Shown piece after piece: positions 1 to 9,698 of a stretch of 60,803 nt of DNA. A program made the translations under genes and the position numbers. Under the pieces are notes generated by a model that worked only from the letters and a program-made list of their open reading frames with translations, was not told the DNA's origin and did not search any database. The first letter of the stretch is position 1, and each line of letters starts with the position of its first letter. Where the stretch lies: contig JBEIPA010000031.1 of assembly GCA_040377305.1 (NCBI GenBank), forward strand, positions 1 to 60,803. Reading direction: 5' to 3'. This DNA is from Flavobacteriales bacterium. GTDB taxonomy: Bacteria; Bacteroidota; Bacteroidia; Palsa-965.

Positions 1-34
1 ACAAGGTGACCAATCTTCTCCGAATGAATGCTGA
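1..34 (+). CDS. 3' end of an upstream GIY-YIG gene copy (partial, runs off the window)
   Basis: 1-34 is identical to 353-386, which encodes the C-terminus QGDQSSPNEC* of ORF 114..386. Confidence 0.6.
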   Translation, partial: QGDQSSPNEC

Positions 35-65
35 GGTCGAGAGTTCGAGTCTCTCTCTCGCTACA
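27..65 (+). pseudogene. 3' half of a tRNA (probably tRNA-Met-like), copy 1
   Basis: AA-TGCTG-AGGTC-GAGAG-TTCGAGT-CTCTC-TCTCGCT-A gives anticodon-stem 3' strand, variable loop, perfect T-arm and acceptor 3' strand. The 5' half and anticodon are absent, so the Met identity is by resemblance only. Confidence 0.8.
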
Positions 66-94
66 AAAGGACAACAGAAATGTTGTCCTTTTTT
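65..94 (+). terminator. Intrinsic terminator after tRNA fragment 1
   Basis: AAAAGGACAACA-GAAA-TGTTGTCCTTTTTT. Confidence 0.8.
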
Positions 95-101
95 GCGTTA
101 A

Positions 102-109
102 TATATTTG
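102..109 (+). promoter_or_regulatory. Bacteroidota -7 promoter box for the GIY-YIG gene
   Basis: TATATTTG matches TAnnTTTG, 4 nt before the ATG at 114. Confidence 0.55.
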
Positions 110-113
110 CACA

Positions 114-386
114 ATGATCACTGTCTACGTAATTAAGTGTTTAATAAGCGGCAAAAATTACACTGGAATGGCTGAAGATGCAATGGCGCGTTTGGACGAG
201 CACAATTCTGGTAAGTCCAAATTCACAAGTGGTTATGGACCTTGGAAGATATTATCTAGTGAAGTTGCCGTGGATTGGTCTGCGGCGCGTGCACGTGAAA
301 AATATTTGAAGAGTGCTGCTGGAATAAGATTTATCAAAAAGTTCGAGCGCGAACAAGGTGACCAATCTTCTCCGAATGAATGCTGA
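114..386 (+). CDS. Small stand-alone GIY-YIG nuclease (SLX1-like/UPF0213 type)
   Basis: VYVI..NYTG motif pair, R-L-x-EHNSG, REKYLKSAAG; 90 aa. Confidence 0.9.
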   Translation: MITVYVIKCLISGKNYTGMAEDAMARLDEHNSGKSKFTSGYGPWKILSSEVAVDWSAARAREKYLKSAAGIRFIKKFEREQGDQSSPNEC

Positions 387-444
387 GGTCGAGAGTTCCC
401 CGCCCGAACGCCGTCAGGCGGGCGGGGAGTCTCTCTCTCGCTAC
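379..444 (+). pseudogene. 3' half of tRNA, copy 2, with a 28-nt hairpin inserted in the T-loop
   Basis: Same as 27-64 except CCCGCCCGAACGCCGTCAGGCGGGCGGG (399-426) between TTC and GAGT. Confidence 0.8.
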
Positions 445-447
445 TGG

Positions 448-475
448 AAGGACAACAGAAATGTTGTCCTTTTTT
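448..475 (+). terminator. Intrinsic terminator, copy 2
   Basis: AAGGACAACA-GAAA-TGTTGTCCTTTTTT. Confidence 0.8.
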
Positions 476-508
476 GTTTTCTGTCTCCATTTATTCCATT
501 TTTGATCC

Positions 509-1066
509 ATGCGACACCTACTCATTATCATGCTCAGCTGCACGATCTCATACGTATGCGCGCAAGACACCGCTGCAATTGTAAAAGCAACGCCCGTAAA
601 GGTTGCTTCGGAAGCGAAGTGGGAAATGGCGAAGAGCTCAGCGCAGAAACTCATTGCAGACAGCATGTATTCGGATTCCATTTTCAGCGGGTTCTTGTGT
701 ATGATCGGACCGCGTTTGTGGGATGAACTGGATAACTATCCGGAGCTGGTAAAATTGAATCTCGGTAACATGATTCTTGGTGTTCCTACTTATGACAAGA
801 ACGGAAACAAGAACGGGTTGAAAGAAGAGAAGGGAAAAATCACTCAGGGAAAAGCGCAGTACCAGGCGATTTGGAAAGTGCTGTATTCTGCATTTGATGT
901 AAGTAGCGGAAAAATTGTTGAACTCAATCAACGCGACAAGTTCTTCTGCTGGCAGTACTTTGCGAAAGTAGAAGAGCCGATCATTGCAATTGAAACCAGC
1001 AAAGGCAGACTCATTCTCCAGTTCTCCGGATCGGGTCTGTTGTTTATTGAATCGACCGGGTTCTAG
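509..1066 (+). CDS. Hypothetical exported protein
   Basis: 185 aa, signal peptide ending VCA-Q. Confidence 0.75.
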   Translation: MRHLLIIMLSCTISYVCAQDTAAIVKATPVKVASEAKWEMAKSSAQKLIADSMYSDSIFSGFLCMIGPRLWDELDNYPELVKLNLGNMILGVPTYDKNGNKNGLKEEKGKITQGKAQYQAIWKVLYSAFDVSSGKIVELNQRDKFFCWQYFAKVEEPIIAIETSKGRLILQFSGSGLLFIESTGF

Positions 1067-1300
1067 AGTTCGCGCCGCACACTTAGAATACAAGCCGCAT
1101 AAGCCCGACATCAACAGGACAAAACTGTTTTTGACAAGTGTCGACTCGCGTTTCTCCAACAGTATCTCAAATTTGTTGAAGCATCGAATTTCTAATCCGC
1201 TGATGTGTTAGTGAAATAAATTTGTTTCGCCCGTTGGATTAGCGAACACAATTCCCTTGAATCCAGGAGGCATCAAGTTTAATTCTTAATCACCAGAGCG

Positions 1301-1633
1301 ATGCGTAACACTAATCTTCTAAGTTTTCTTCAGACACCGACACTCCACGCAGATCTGCCGCCTCGTGAACTCAATGGACTTACCAAAATGCAGCTGGAGG
1401 AAATGCTTTGTGGTTTTCCCCAACCAAAACGCCTTCGTGTAATCGCAGTCTTCGGTGATGCCGAGCATGTTTCCTTCGCTCAGCAGATTCACGAACACCT
1501 GCAGGAAGCAGGATGGCTCACGGATCCCAAAGTTGAGATTGTCGCTCAATCTGTACCTCACTCCGGAATCTATATCCGCATGAGTCTCCACGATCTTTCC
1601 GTGCTTGAAATAGTCGTGGGTACTAATTCCTGA
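1301..1633 (+). CDS. Hypothetical protein
   Basis: 110-aa ATG ORF, co-oriented with its neighbours, no motif recognised. Confidence 0.6.
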   Translation: MRNTNLLSFLQTPTLHADLPPRELNGLTKMQLEEMLCGFPQPKRLRVIAVFGDAEHVSFAQQIHEHLQEAGWLTDPKVEIVAQSVPHSGIYIRMSLHDLSVLEIVVGTNS

Positions 1634-1662
1634 AAACATCCATAAACCCTATATTTGGGGAT

Positions 1663-2334
1663 ATGGCAGCACGGATTCTCCTTGCTTTTTTTCTTCTCGG
1701 AATATGGAATGGAGTAGGGGCTCAAGAGAATCCTGCGAGTAAATACCGCATGCATCTTAAGCTAACCGGTAGTGTGCCGCACCCTGTTTCCAACAAAGCA
1801 TTTCGCAGAAGTTTTATCGGTGTGTACGATATGGCGTTGACCTATCGTCTGCGTCTGTTTTCTGGTTTTGCAGCGGGAATTCAGGGAAAACATTCGCTCT
1901 GGAAAATTCCGGATAATAAGATTCCGGGCCTTCATACATTCGGACAGTTTAACGGAGGCGGACTTTCACTCGCGTACGATCATGTAGTTACAGAAGAGGC
2001 GGTGATTTATGCAGAGATAAGTGCAGGAATGATGCAGTTGCATTACTACGGCGTGTCTTATGATTCCATGCCCGACAACTACCAGACGAAGTACATGATC
2101 AATTACGGTGAGGTGGAGGTTGGTGGTTACTTCTATACGGAAGGCAGTTTTGCGATCGGAATGCAAACAGCATTCATGTTTACGAATTACCAGTTCGATC
2201 CGTACAAACTTGCTCTTGATAACCACAAAGCGTATTTGCCGGAAGATATGAACGGGAAAGTGGTCACGTTCAAAATCGGATTTTCGGTTGTGTATAGTTT
2301 CAACGAGAGAAAAGGCAGACGGTTAGCTTCCTGA
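1663..2334 (+). CDS. Putative outer-membrane beta-barrel protein
   Basis: Signal peptide, alternating aromatic beta-strands, near-terminal FSVVYSF; TATATTTG box at 1650-1657. Confidence 0.7.
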   Translation: MAARILLAFFLLGIWNGVGAQENPASKYRMHLKLTGSVPHPVSNKAFRRSFIGVYDMALTYRLRLFSGFAAGIQGKHSLWKIPDNKIPGLHTFGQFNGGGLSLAYDHVVTEEAVIYAEISAGMMQLHYYGVSYDSMPDNYQTKYMINYGEVEVGGYFYTEGSFAIGMQTAFMFTNYQFDPYKLALDNHKAYLPEDMNGKVVTFKIGFSVVYSFNERKGRRLAS

Positions 2335-2558
2335 CGGGTCGCGCTTTCTGCTGACTGTCAACACTTCCCGAATACTACTGCGTACGGCGGGATAATTCTG
2401 ATGAATCTTATTTCTATTTGACGCACAATACTTAAACAAAGTGTTGGACGGTCAAATACCCATGCCTGCCGAGGTTATCTCACAATATGGCGATGCATTA
2501 ATTATATATAGGAATTATTGATTACATTTCTGTAACATATAGTTGAAATCATAATCCG

Positions 2559-3956
2559 TTGTTTCAACAATATTGCACAAGTAACTCCTACAAATTTAAT
2601 CCCAACTTTATGACTTTACGCCAACAGAATGGCGGGCTCCGACGGGCTTACAGTGGCAACGCAATTGTACATTTCAATGATCCGGGCGAATTCCTTCACA
2701 AACTCCGCGAGTTCAGGGCAGAGCATGTCCTTAAAACCACACTTGCTTCAGCATTATTCATTGCCAATTTTGCAATGCCGTTTACTAGCACTGCAGCAAA
2801 TTCGCGATATCCTCAAAACAAGATTACGAGTTCTTCGCTTGTTAATAAGATCAGATATGTTACTGATCAAAATAGTGCAGATCTTGAGCAAGAACTTCAG
2901 AACGAAAAAGAGAAAACGGACGCGGTTGTGCAGATGGCAACTGCGGAACGTTTATCGCACAAAGATGTTTTGGCAATTCAGGCTGCCGAGTTGATCATGG
3001 CCAATGAGGAATTGATATTTCAGGAAGAGGAAAGGGTGATGCGCGCGGCAGAGTTAGTTGTTGCGAACAAAGAACTACTTTTTCAGAATAATGAAAAGGA
3101 GAATCGGGCAGCGGAATTAGTGCTTGCAAACAAAGAACTTCTTTTTCAAAATGGAGAAAAGGAGAAGCGGGCTGCAGAGCTGATTGTAGCGAATAAAGAA
3201 CTTGTCTTTCAGAATGGTGAAAAGGAAATGCGTGCAGCAGAATTGGTTGTAGCGAATAAAGAACTTCTCTTTCAGAATGGTGAAAAGGAAATGCGGGCTG
3301 CGGAGTTGGTTGTTGCGAATAGTGAACTTCTATTTCAGAATGGTGAAAAAGAGAAGCGTGCATCTGAATTGGTAGTAGCCAACAAAGAACTTCTCTTTCA
3401 GAATGGAGAAAAGGAAAAACGCGCGGCAGAGTTGGTTGTGGCTAACAAAGAACTCCACTTTCAGAATGAAGAGAAGGAGAAACGTGCGGCAGAACTGGTT
3501 TTAGCAAATGAAGAGCTGATTTTTCAGAATGAAGAAAAAGCCAAGCGGGCTGCCGAACTTCTGGTTGCCAATGAGGAACTGATTTTTCAGAACAAGGAAA
3601 AAGAGAAACGCGCGGCTGAACTGTTGCTCATTAACCAGGAACTTAAAAATGCTGAAGAGTCTAAAGAGAGTTACATACGTGGATTGGAACAATTGATGTT
3701 CCTTACTTCACATCGTGTACGACAACCGGTTGCCAACATCATGGGCATCGCGAATGTGCTGAATACGACTGAGGGTTCACCCGAAGAAATAAAGAAAATC
3801 GTAGGTTATATGCAGCACTCTGCAATATCGCTTGATGAGTTTACGAAGGAACTTACAGCCTATATTGAACAACTGAAGCATAAATTTAAAATCCCACTCG
3901 ACACAAGAATCAGAGGCATTTCAACACATTCAACGGACCATTCCATGCGTTTGTAA
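2559..3956 (+). CDS. Coiled-coil repeat protein ending in a HisKA-like phosphoacceptor helix, no HATPase domain (start uncertain, possibly ATG 2610)
   Basis: Ten 21-aa repeats AAELVVANKELLFQNGEKEKR, then H-box-like TSHRVRQPVANIMG; no N/G1/F/G2 boxes. Confidence 0.75.
   Translation: MFQQYCTSNSYKFNPNFMTLRQQNGGLRRAYSGNAIVHFNDPGEFLHKLREFRAEHVLKTTLASALFIANFAMPFTSTAANSRYPQNKITSSSLVNKIRYVTDQNSADLEQELQNEKEKTDAVVQMATAERLSHKDVLAIQAAELIMANEELIFQEEERVMRAAELVVANKELLFQNNEKENRAAELVLANKELLFQNGEKEKRAAELIVANKELVFQNGEKEMRAAELVVANKELLFQNGEKEMRAAELVVANSELLFQNGEKEKRASELVVANKELLFQNGEKEKRAAELVVANKELHFQNEEKEKRAAELVLANEELIFQNEEKAKRAAELLVANEELIFQNKEKEKRAAELLLINQELKNAEESKESYIRGLEQLMFLTSHRVRQPVANIMGIANVLNTTEGSPEEIKKIVGYMQHSAISLDEFTKELTAYIEQLKHKFKIPLDTRIRGISTHSTDHSMRL
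2982..3640 (+). repeat. 63-bp coding tandem repeat, 10 full units plus a partial one
   Basis: Units start at 2982 and recur every 63 nt to 3612; synonymous positions are diverged. Confidence 0.95.
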
Positions 3957-3990
3957 CGGAGAAACTTGCGAAACAGTATCTCCGTGTTTA

Positions 3991-4032
3991 TAACAGAAAA
4001 AGGGTTGCCAGTTGGCAACCCTTTTTCTGTTA
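3991..4032. terminator. Bidirectional intrinsic terminator
   Basis: Perfect 20-bp inverted repeat TAACAGAAAAAGGGTTGCCA-GT-TGGCAACCCTTTTTCTGTTA between convergent genes. Confidence 0.9.
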
Positions 4033-4041
4033 CGGTAAGAA

Positions 4042-6593
4042 CTATTCTTCTTTCGTCTTCTTCTTCGTTTTCGGCTTCGTGATGCTGATCACAACGTCTT
4101 TCTTCTCTTCGCTGTAGTCGATTGTTACTACGTCGCCTTCAGTGATTCCAGACTTGATGATTTCCTCAGCGAGCGGATCTTCGATAAATTTCTGGATCGC
4201 ACGTTTCAACGGACGAGCACCATACGCTGCATCGAATCCTTTATCCACGATATAATCTTTCGCTTTAGCGGTGATCTCGATGGTGTAACCCAATTGAGAG
4301 ATACGTCCGTAGAGTTTGTCCAGTTCGAGATCGATAATCTTGTGGATGTCTTCACGAGAAAGTGAATTGAACATCACTACATCATCAATACGGTTCAGGA
4401 ACTCAGGAGCAAACGCTTTCTTCAAGGCATTTTCAATTACACCTTTCGCGTGTTCACCGGATGCGTTATTATCTGCCTTCGTTCCTGTAGCGAAACCAAC
4501 TCCGGTTCCAAATCTTTCAACTGACGTGACCCAATGTTCGACGTCATAATGATGATTGAGTTCTTGAAGTCAACTTTACGTCCAAGTGAATCTGTAAGCT
4601 GACCGTCATCCAGCGTCTGCAGAAGCAAGTTGAATACATCCGGGTGTGCTTTTTCAATCTCGTCAAGAAGTACAACTGAATATGGCTTGCGACGTACTTT
4701 CTCTGTGAGCTGTCCGCCTTCTTCGTATCCAACGTATCCTGGAGGCGCTCCAACCAGACGAGACACTGCAAACTTCTCCATGTACTCGCTCATGTCGATA
4801 CGAATCAACGCATCTTCATTATCGAACAGGTATTTTGCAAGGATCTTAGCCAGCTGTGTTTTACCAACACCGGTAGGACCGAGGAAGATGAAGGAACCAA
4901 TCGGCTTGTTCGGATCTTTCAGTCCGGCACGATTACGCTGAATGGCTTTCACCACTTTCTTAATCGCTTCGTCCTGACCGATCACTTTGCCTTTCAGCGC
5001 TTCGAACATCACCGCAAGCTTGTCGCCTTCGTTCTGTGATACACGCTGCACCGGAATTCCGGTCATCATCGCAACTACTTCAGCTACGTTGTCTTCACTA
5101 ACAGTTTCGCGGTGAGTTTTGCTCTCATCTTCCCACTGTTTCTTAGCCGCTTCAAGCTGTTCCTGGAGCTGACGTTCTTTATCACGCAGGCGGGCCGCTT
5201 CCTCATATCGCTGAGAGCGCACAACCTGATTCTTTTCTTCTTTTACTTTCTCGATCTCTTCCTCAACTTCAAGAATCTTCTTCGGAACCTTGATGTTGGT
5301 GATGTGAACACGTGATCCGGCCTCATCGAGTGCGTCAATTGCTTTGTCCGGCAGGTGACGATCGGTGATGTAACGTGAAGTCAACGTAACGCAAGCTTTA
5401 ATCGCTTCTTCCGTATAGTTCACGTTGTGGTGATCTTCGTATTTCGACTTGATATTGTTGAGGATCTGAATAGTTTCCTCAACAGAAGTCGGCTCTACAA
5501 TCACTTTCTGGAAACGACGCTCGAGTGCACCGTCTTTTTCAATGTACTGGCGGTACTCGTCAAGCGTAGTTGCTCCGATGCACTGGATTTCTCCGCGGGC
5601 AAGAGCCGGCTTAAACATGTTCGATGCATCGAGGGAACCCGAAGCTCCGCCAGCACCGATGATTGTGTGAATCTCGTCAATGAACAGGATTACGTCAGGA
5701 GATTTCTCCAGTTCGTTCATCACTGCTTTCATACGCTCTTCGAACTGACCGCGGTATTTTGTTCCTGCAACTAACGATGCAAGATCAAGAGATACTACAC
5801 GTTTGTTAAAGAGTACGCGAGATACTTTTTTCTGGATAATGCGCAATGCCAGACCTTCAGCGATTGCCGATTTACCAACACCCGGTTCTCCGATGAGAAT
5901 AGGGTTGTTCTTCTTACGGCGGGAAAGAATCTGAGACACACGCTCAATTTCTTTTTCACGTCCTACGATAGGATCGAGTTTTCCGTCTTCAGCAGCTTTC
6001 GTGAGATCGCGTCCGAAGTTGTCGAGCACTGGCGTCTTCGATTTTGAATCGGTGATTTTCTTCTGGCTTGAACCAAAAGTGCTTTCTTCACCATCATCAT
6101 CTTCAGGCGTATTGCCGGCGTCAAAGCGCGGAGATGACGTTTCGTCATTTGATGCTCCTGCGTTTGTGTCGAGCTCGGTCTTCACTGCTTCGTAATCGAG
6201 ACCGAAACGATTCAGTGCTTTAGTAGCAACTGAGTCGTCGTCTTTCAGGATAGAAAGCAGAAGATGTTCTGTACCAATTACCGCGCTTTTGAAAAGCTTG
6301 GCTTCGAGGTAAGTAATTTTGAGTGCACGTTCAGCCTGTTTAACCAGCGGAATATTGCCAAGGTTGGCCGCCGACTTACGGGCAGAACCCGAGGTAAGCG
6401 ACTCAACTTCTTTACGAAGATCAAGAAGATTCACATTGAGCTGCTTCATCAGCTTGACAGCACTTCCTTCACCTTCGCGGATAATACCCAACAGAAGATG
6501 TTCCGTCCCAATGTAATCGTGACCGAGACGAAGCGCCTCTTCACGACTAAACGTGATGACGTCTTTTACCCGGGGTGAAAATTTAGCTTCCAT
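4042..6593 (-). CDS. clpC: ATP-dependent Clp protease ATPase ClpC, split by a 1-nt deletion near 4510-4512
   Basis: Clp-N repeats, GEPGVGKS and GPTGVGKT Walker A motifs, UVR coil. Adding one base at GAT-TT-GGA restores KDFGTGVGF...[20 protein letters not shown] and an 850-aa protein. Confidence 0.93.
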
Positions 6594-6924
6594 ATATCGC
6601 GTTTGTGGTGCCAGGATACTATCCGGACACTCGATTTATTTTATCAGGATTCCTCACCTGACATTGAGTACTACACGACCTAAATCGTGCCACTTTTAAT
6701 TACTTGAATTTACCCATTATTTCGCAGGTTCTCAAATGTATATACAATCAAGTTTTACAAGTGATTTTAGAGTCGTTTTTATTCACGGAAAATTGTTAAT
6801 AATTAACACCTAAAATGGTCACTTTTCAGAGTGAAAAAAGGTACTTTCGGACTCCTTAAAAACACACACATTTTGGTTCAGTTATTTCAATAACTGTGCT
6901 AAATATTAATAGTGACAAAACGAC

Positions 6925-9522
6925 ATGGCTTCAGGCGAAAAAATTATTCCGATTAACATTGAAGATGAGATGCGTACAGCATACATCGACTATTCGATGT
7001 CTGTAATTGTTTCACGGGCGTTACCTGACGTGCGCGACGGACTTAAACCGGTTCACCGCCGGGTTCTGTTCGGAATGCTCGAACTGGGCGTACTCTCAAA
7101 CCGTCCTTACAAGAAATCAGCCCGTATCGTGGGTGAAGTCCTGGGTAAGTATCACCCGCACGGAGATAGTTCGGTATACGACACTATGGTGCGTATGGCT
7201 CAACCCTGGAGTTTGCGTTATCCGCTCGTAGACGGACAAGGAAACTTCGGTTCAGTTGACGGAGATCCTCCTGCGGCAATGCGTTACACGGAAGCCCGTT
7301 TGCGCAAAATTGCTGAAGAGGTAATTGCAGATATTGACAAGAACACGGTTGACTTCCGTCCGAACTTCGATGATTCACTCGAGGAGCCGACGGTAATGCC
7401 TTCGCGTATTCCACAGCTCCTTGTAAATGGTGCTGCCGGAATTGCAGTAGGTATGGCAACGAATATGCCGCCGCACAACCTTACGGAAATCATCAACGCT
7501 ACCATGGCGTATATCGATAACCGCGAGATTGATATTCAGGGCCTGATGAATTTCGTCAAAGCACCTGACTTTCCGACAGGCGGATCGATTTACGGATTCA
7601 ACGGGGTGCGTGAAGCATTCGAAACCGGTCGTGGCAGAATTGTTCTTCGTGCGAAAGCAACTATTGAAGAGCACAACGGTCGCGAGCGAATCATCGTAAC
7701 GGAGATTCCTTACCAGGTGAACAAGTGGCAGATGATCAAAGCAACTGCCGACATGATCAACGAGAAGAAACTCGAAGGTATCAGTGATATCCGCGATGAG
7801 TCTGACCGTGATGGTATGCGTATCGTTTACGAACTGAAGCGCGATGCTGTATCAAACGTAGTTCTAAACCAGCTTTACAAATACACTTCGCTCCAGACGT
7901 CATTCAGCGTAAACAACATTGCGTTGGTGAATGGTCGTCCGGAAATGCTGAACCTGAAGCAGCTCATCGGGCACTTCGTTGACTTCCGTCACCAGGTTGT
8001 TGTTCGCCGTACCAAATACGAACTCGAACAGGCAGAGAAGCGTGCACACATCTTGCAAGGTTACCTGATTGCGCTTGATCACCTGGATGAAGTAATCAAG
8101 ATCATTCGCGAGTCAGCAACACCAAACGAAGCGAAAGAACAATTGATGACGCGTTTTGCGTTGTCCGAAATTCAGTCCGGAGCTATTCTTGAATTGCGTT
8201 TGCGTGTCCTCACCGGCATGGAGCGCGACAAGTTGCGTGCAGAGTTCGAGGAATTGATGAAACTCATCGCATACTTGCGTAACATTCTGGATGACGAAGT
8301 TTTGCGTATGGAAATCATCAAAGGCGAATTGTTAGAGATTAAAGACAAGTACGGCGATGAACGGAAGACGGAAGTAATTTATGCTGCCGACGATCAGCGC
8401 ATGGAAGATCTCATTGCTGACGAAGACGTGATCATCACGATTTCGCACATGGGCTACATCAAGCGTACACTGCTTTCAGAATACCGTGCACAGAATAGGG
8501 GAGGTCGCGGTTCCCGTGGTTCCTCAACCCGTGACGAGGATTTCGTGGAACATCTGTTCGTTACGAATACTCACGCGTACCTGTTGCTCTTCACGGAGCA
8601 GGGACGTTGTTTCTGGATGCGTGCTTACGAGATTCCGGAAGGAAACAAGACTTCGAAAGGTCGTGCGATCCAGAACTTGCTGAATATTCCGGCAAGCGAT
8701 AAGGTGAAAGCATATATCAAAGTAGAGAACCTTACCGAAGAAGGATATATCAACAAGAATTACATCGTGATGTGTACTGCACGCGGTGTGATCAAGAAAA
8801 CGGTTCTTGAACAATATTCACGTCCACGTGCAAACGGTATCAATGCGATTACTGTGCGCGAAGGTGATATGCTTCTCGAGGCAGTTCTCGTTGGAGAAGG
8901 CGACCAGTTGATGGTAGCGTCGAAGTTTGGTAAAGTGGTTCGTTTCAACAGCGGAGAAGTTCGCGACATGGGACGTACAGCAACCGGCGTTCGCGGAATC
9001 ACATTGAATGGAGAGAAGGATGAAGTGATCGGAATGATTGTGATGCCAGCCGAAAATCCGCCTCAGGTACTTGTTGTTTCTGAGAAAGGTTATGGAAAAC
9101 GTTCCGATCTGGAGTCTTACAGACAGACACGTCGTGGTGCGAAAGGTGTGAAGACCATCAACGTTACAGACAAGACCGGACAGTTGATCGCGATCAAAGC
9201 TGTAACCGATGAGAATGATTTGATGATCATCACAACGACCGGAATCGTGATTCGTATGCGTGTATCAGACCTGCGTGTAATGGGTCGCGCGACACAAGGC
9301 GTTCGATTGATTTCTTTGGACGAGGACGATTCAATAGGAGCAGTAACAACCGTTGAAACTGATCCGGAAGAAGAAGTAGTAAAGGTTGATGGATCTGTTG
9401 ATACTTCTATGGCAGATGCTGCAGACGAAGTTGAACCGGATGCGGATGTTGCGGATGAAGGTCCGGAAGACATTTTGCCGGAAGATGGCACGGATGTTGA
9501 AAATACAGATGAACCTAAGTAA
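6925..9522 (+). CDS. gyrA: DNA gyrase subunit A
   Basis: [30 protein letters not shown], GyrA-box QNRGGRG, acidic tail. Confidence 0.98.
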   Translation: MASGEKIIPINIEDEMRTAYIDYSMSVIVSRALPDVRDGLKPVHRRVLFGMLELGVLSNRPYKKSARIVGEVLGKYHPHGDSSVYDTMVRMAQPWSLRYPLVDGQGNFGSVDGDPPAAMRYTEARLRKIAEEVIADIDKNTVDFRPNFDDSLEEPTVMPSRIPQLLVNGAAGIAVGMATNMPPHNLTEIINATMAYIDNREIDIQGLMNFVKAPDFPTGGSIYGFNGVREAFETGRGRIVLRAKATIEEHNGRERIIVTEIPYQVNKWQMIKATADMINEKKLEGISDIRDESDRDGMRIVYELKRDAVSNVVLNQLYKYTSLQTSFSVNNIALVNGRPEMLNLKQLIGHFVDFRHQVVVRRTKYELEQAEKRAHILQGYLIALDHLDEVIKIIRESATPNEAKEQLMTRFALSEIQSGAILELRLRVLTGMERDKLRAEFEELMKLIAYLRNILDDEVLRMEIIKGELLEIKDKYGDERKTEVIYAADDQRMEDLIADEDVIITISHMGYIKRTLLSEYRAQNRGGRGSRGSSTRDEDFVEHLFVTNTHAYLLLFTEQGRCFWMRAYEIPEGNKTSKGRAIQNLLNIPASDKVKAYIKVENLTEEGYINKNYIVMCTARGVIKKTVLEQYSRPRANGINAITVREGDMLLEAVLVGEGDQLMVASKFGKVVRFNSGEVRDMGRTATGVRGITLNGEKDEVIGMIVMPAENPPQVLVVSEKGYGKRSDLESYRQTRRGAKGVKTINVTDKTGQLIAIKAVTDENDLMIITTTGIVIRMRVSDLRVMGRATQGVRLISLDEDDSIGAVTTVETDPEEEVVKVDGSVDTSMADAADEVEPDADVADEGPEDILPEDGTDVENTDEPK

Positions 9523-9648
9523 TGTCAGGATTGGGATCCTGACATCACTTAGGTCAGGATTGGGATCCTGACATCACTTAGGTCAGGATTGGGATCCTGA
9601 CATCACGTAGGTCAGGATTGTACCGATAGTTATCGGGACTGACATCAC
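9519..9648. repeat. Tandem 29-bp REP-like palindromes, 4 copies
   Basis: GTCAGGAT-TGGG-ATCCTGAC-ATCACTTAG at 9524, 9553, 9582 and 9611; the fourth is interrupted by CCGATAGTTATCGG. Confidence 0.92.
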
Positions 9649-9698
9649 ACAATGTCAGAACTAGTAAACTGAACACATAAACTGAATAACAGATTGAT

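Noticed and set aside
27-444. Intact tRNA genes
   Set aside because: Both copies lack the 5' acceptor strand, D-arm and anticodon.
4042-4425. Separate 127-aa gene, or programmed frameshift in clpC
   Set aside because: It is the ClpC C-terminus; there is no slippery heptamer, and a single-base loss explains it.
9519-9648. Possible CRISPR array (29-bp palindromic repeats)
   Set aside because: Units are head-to-tail with no unique spacers, and there are no cas genes.
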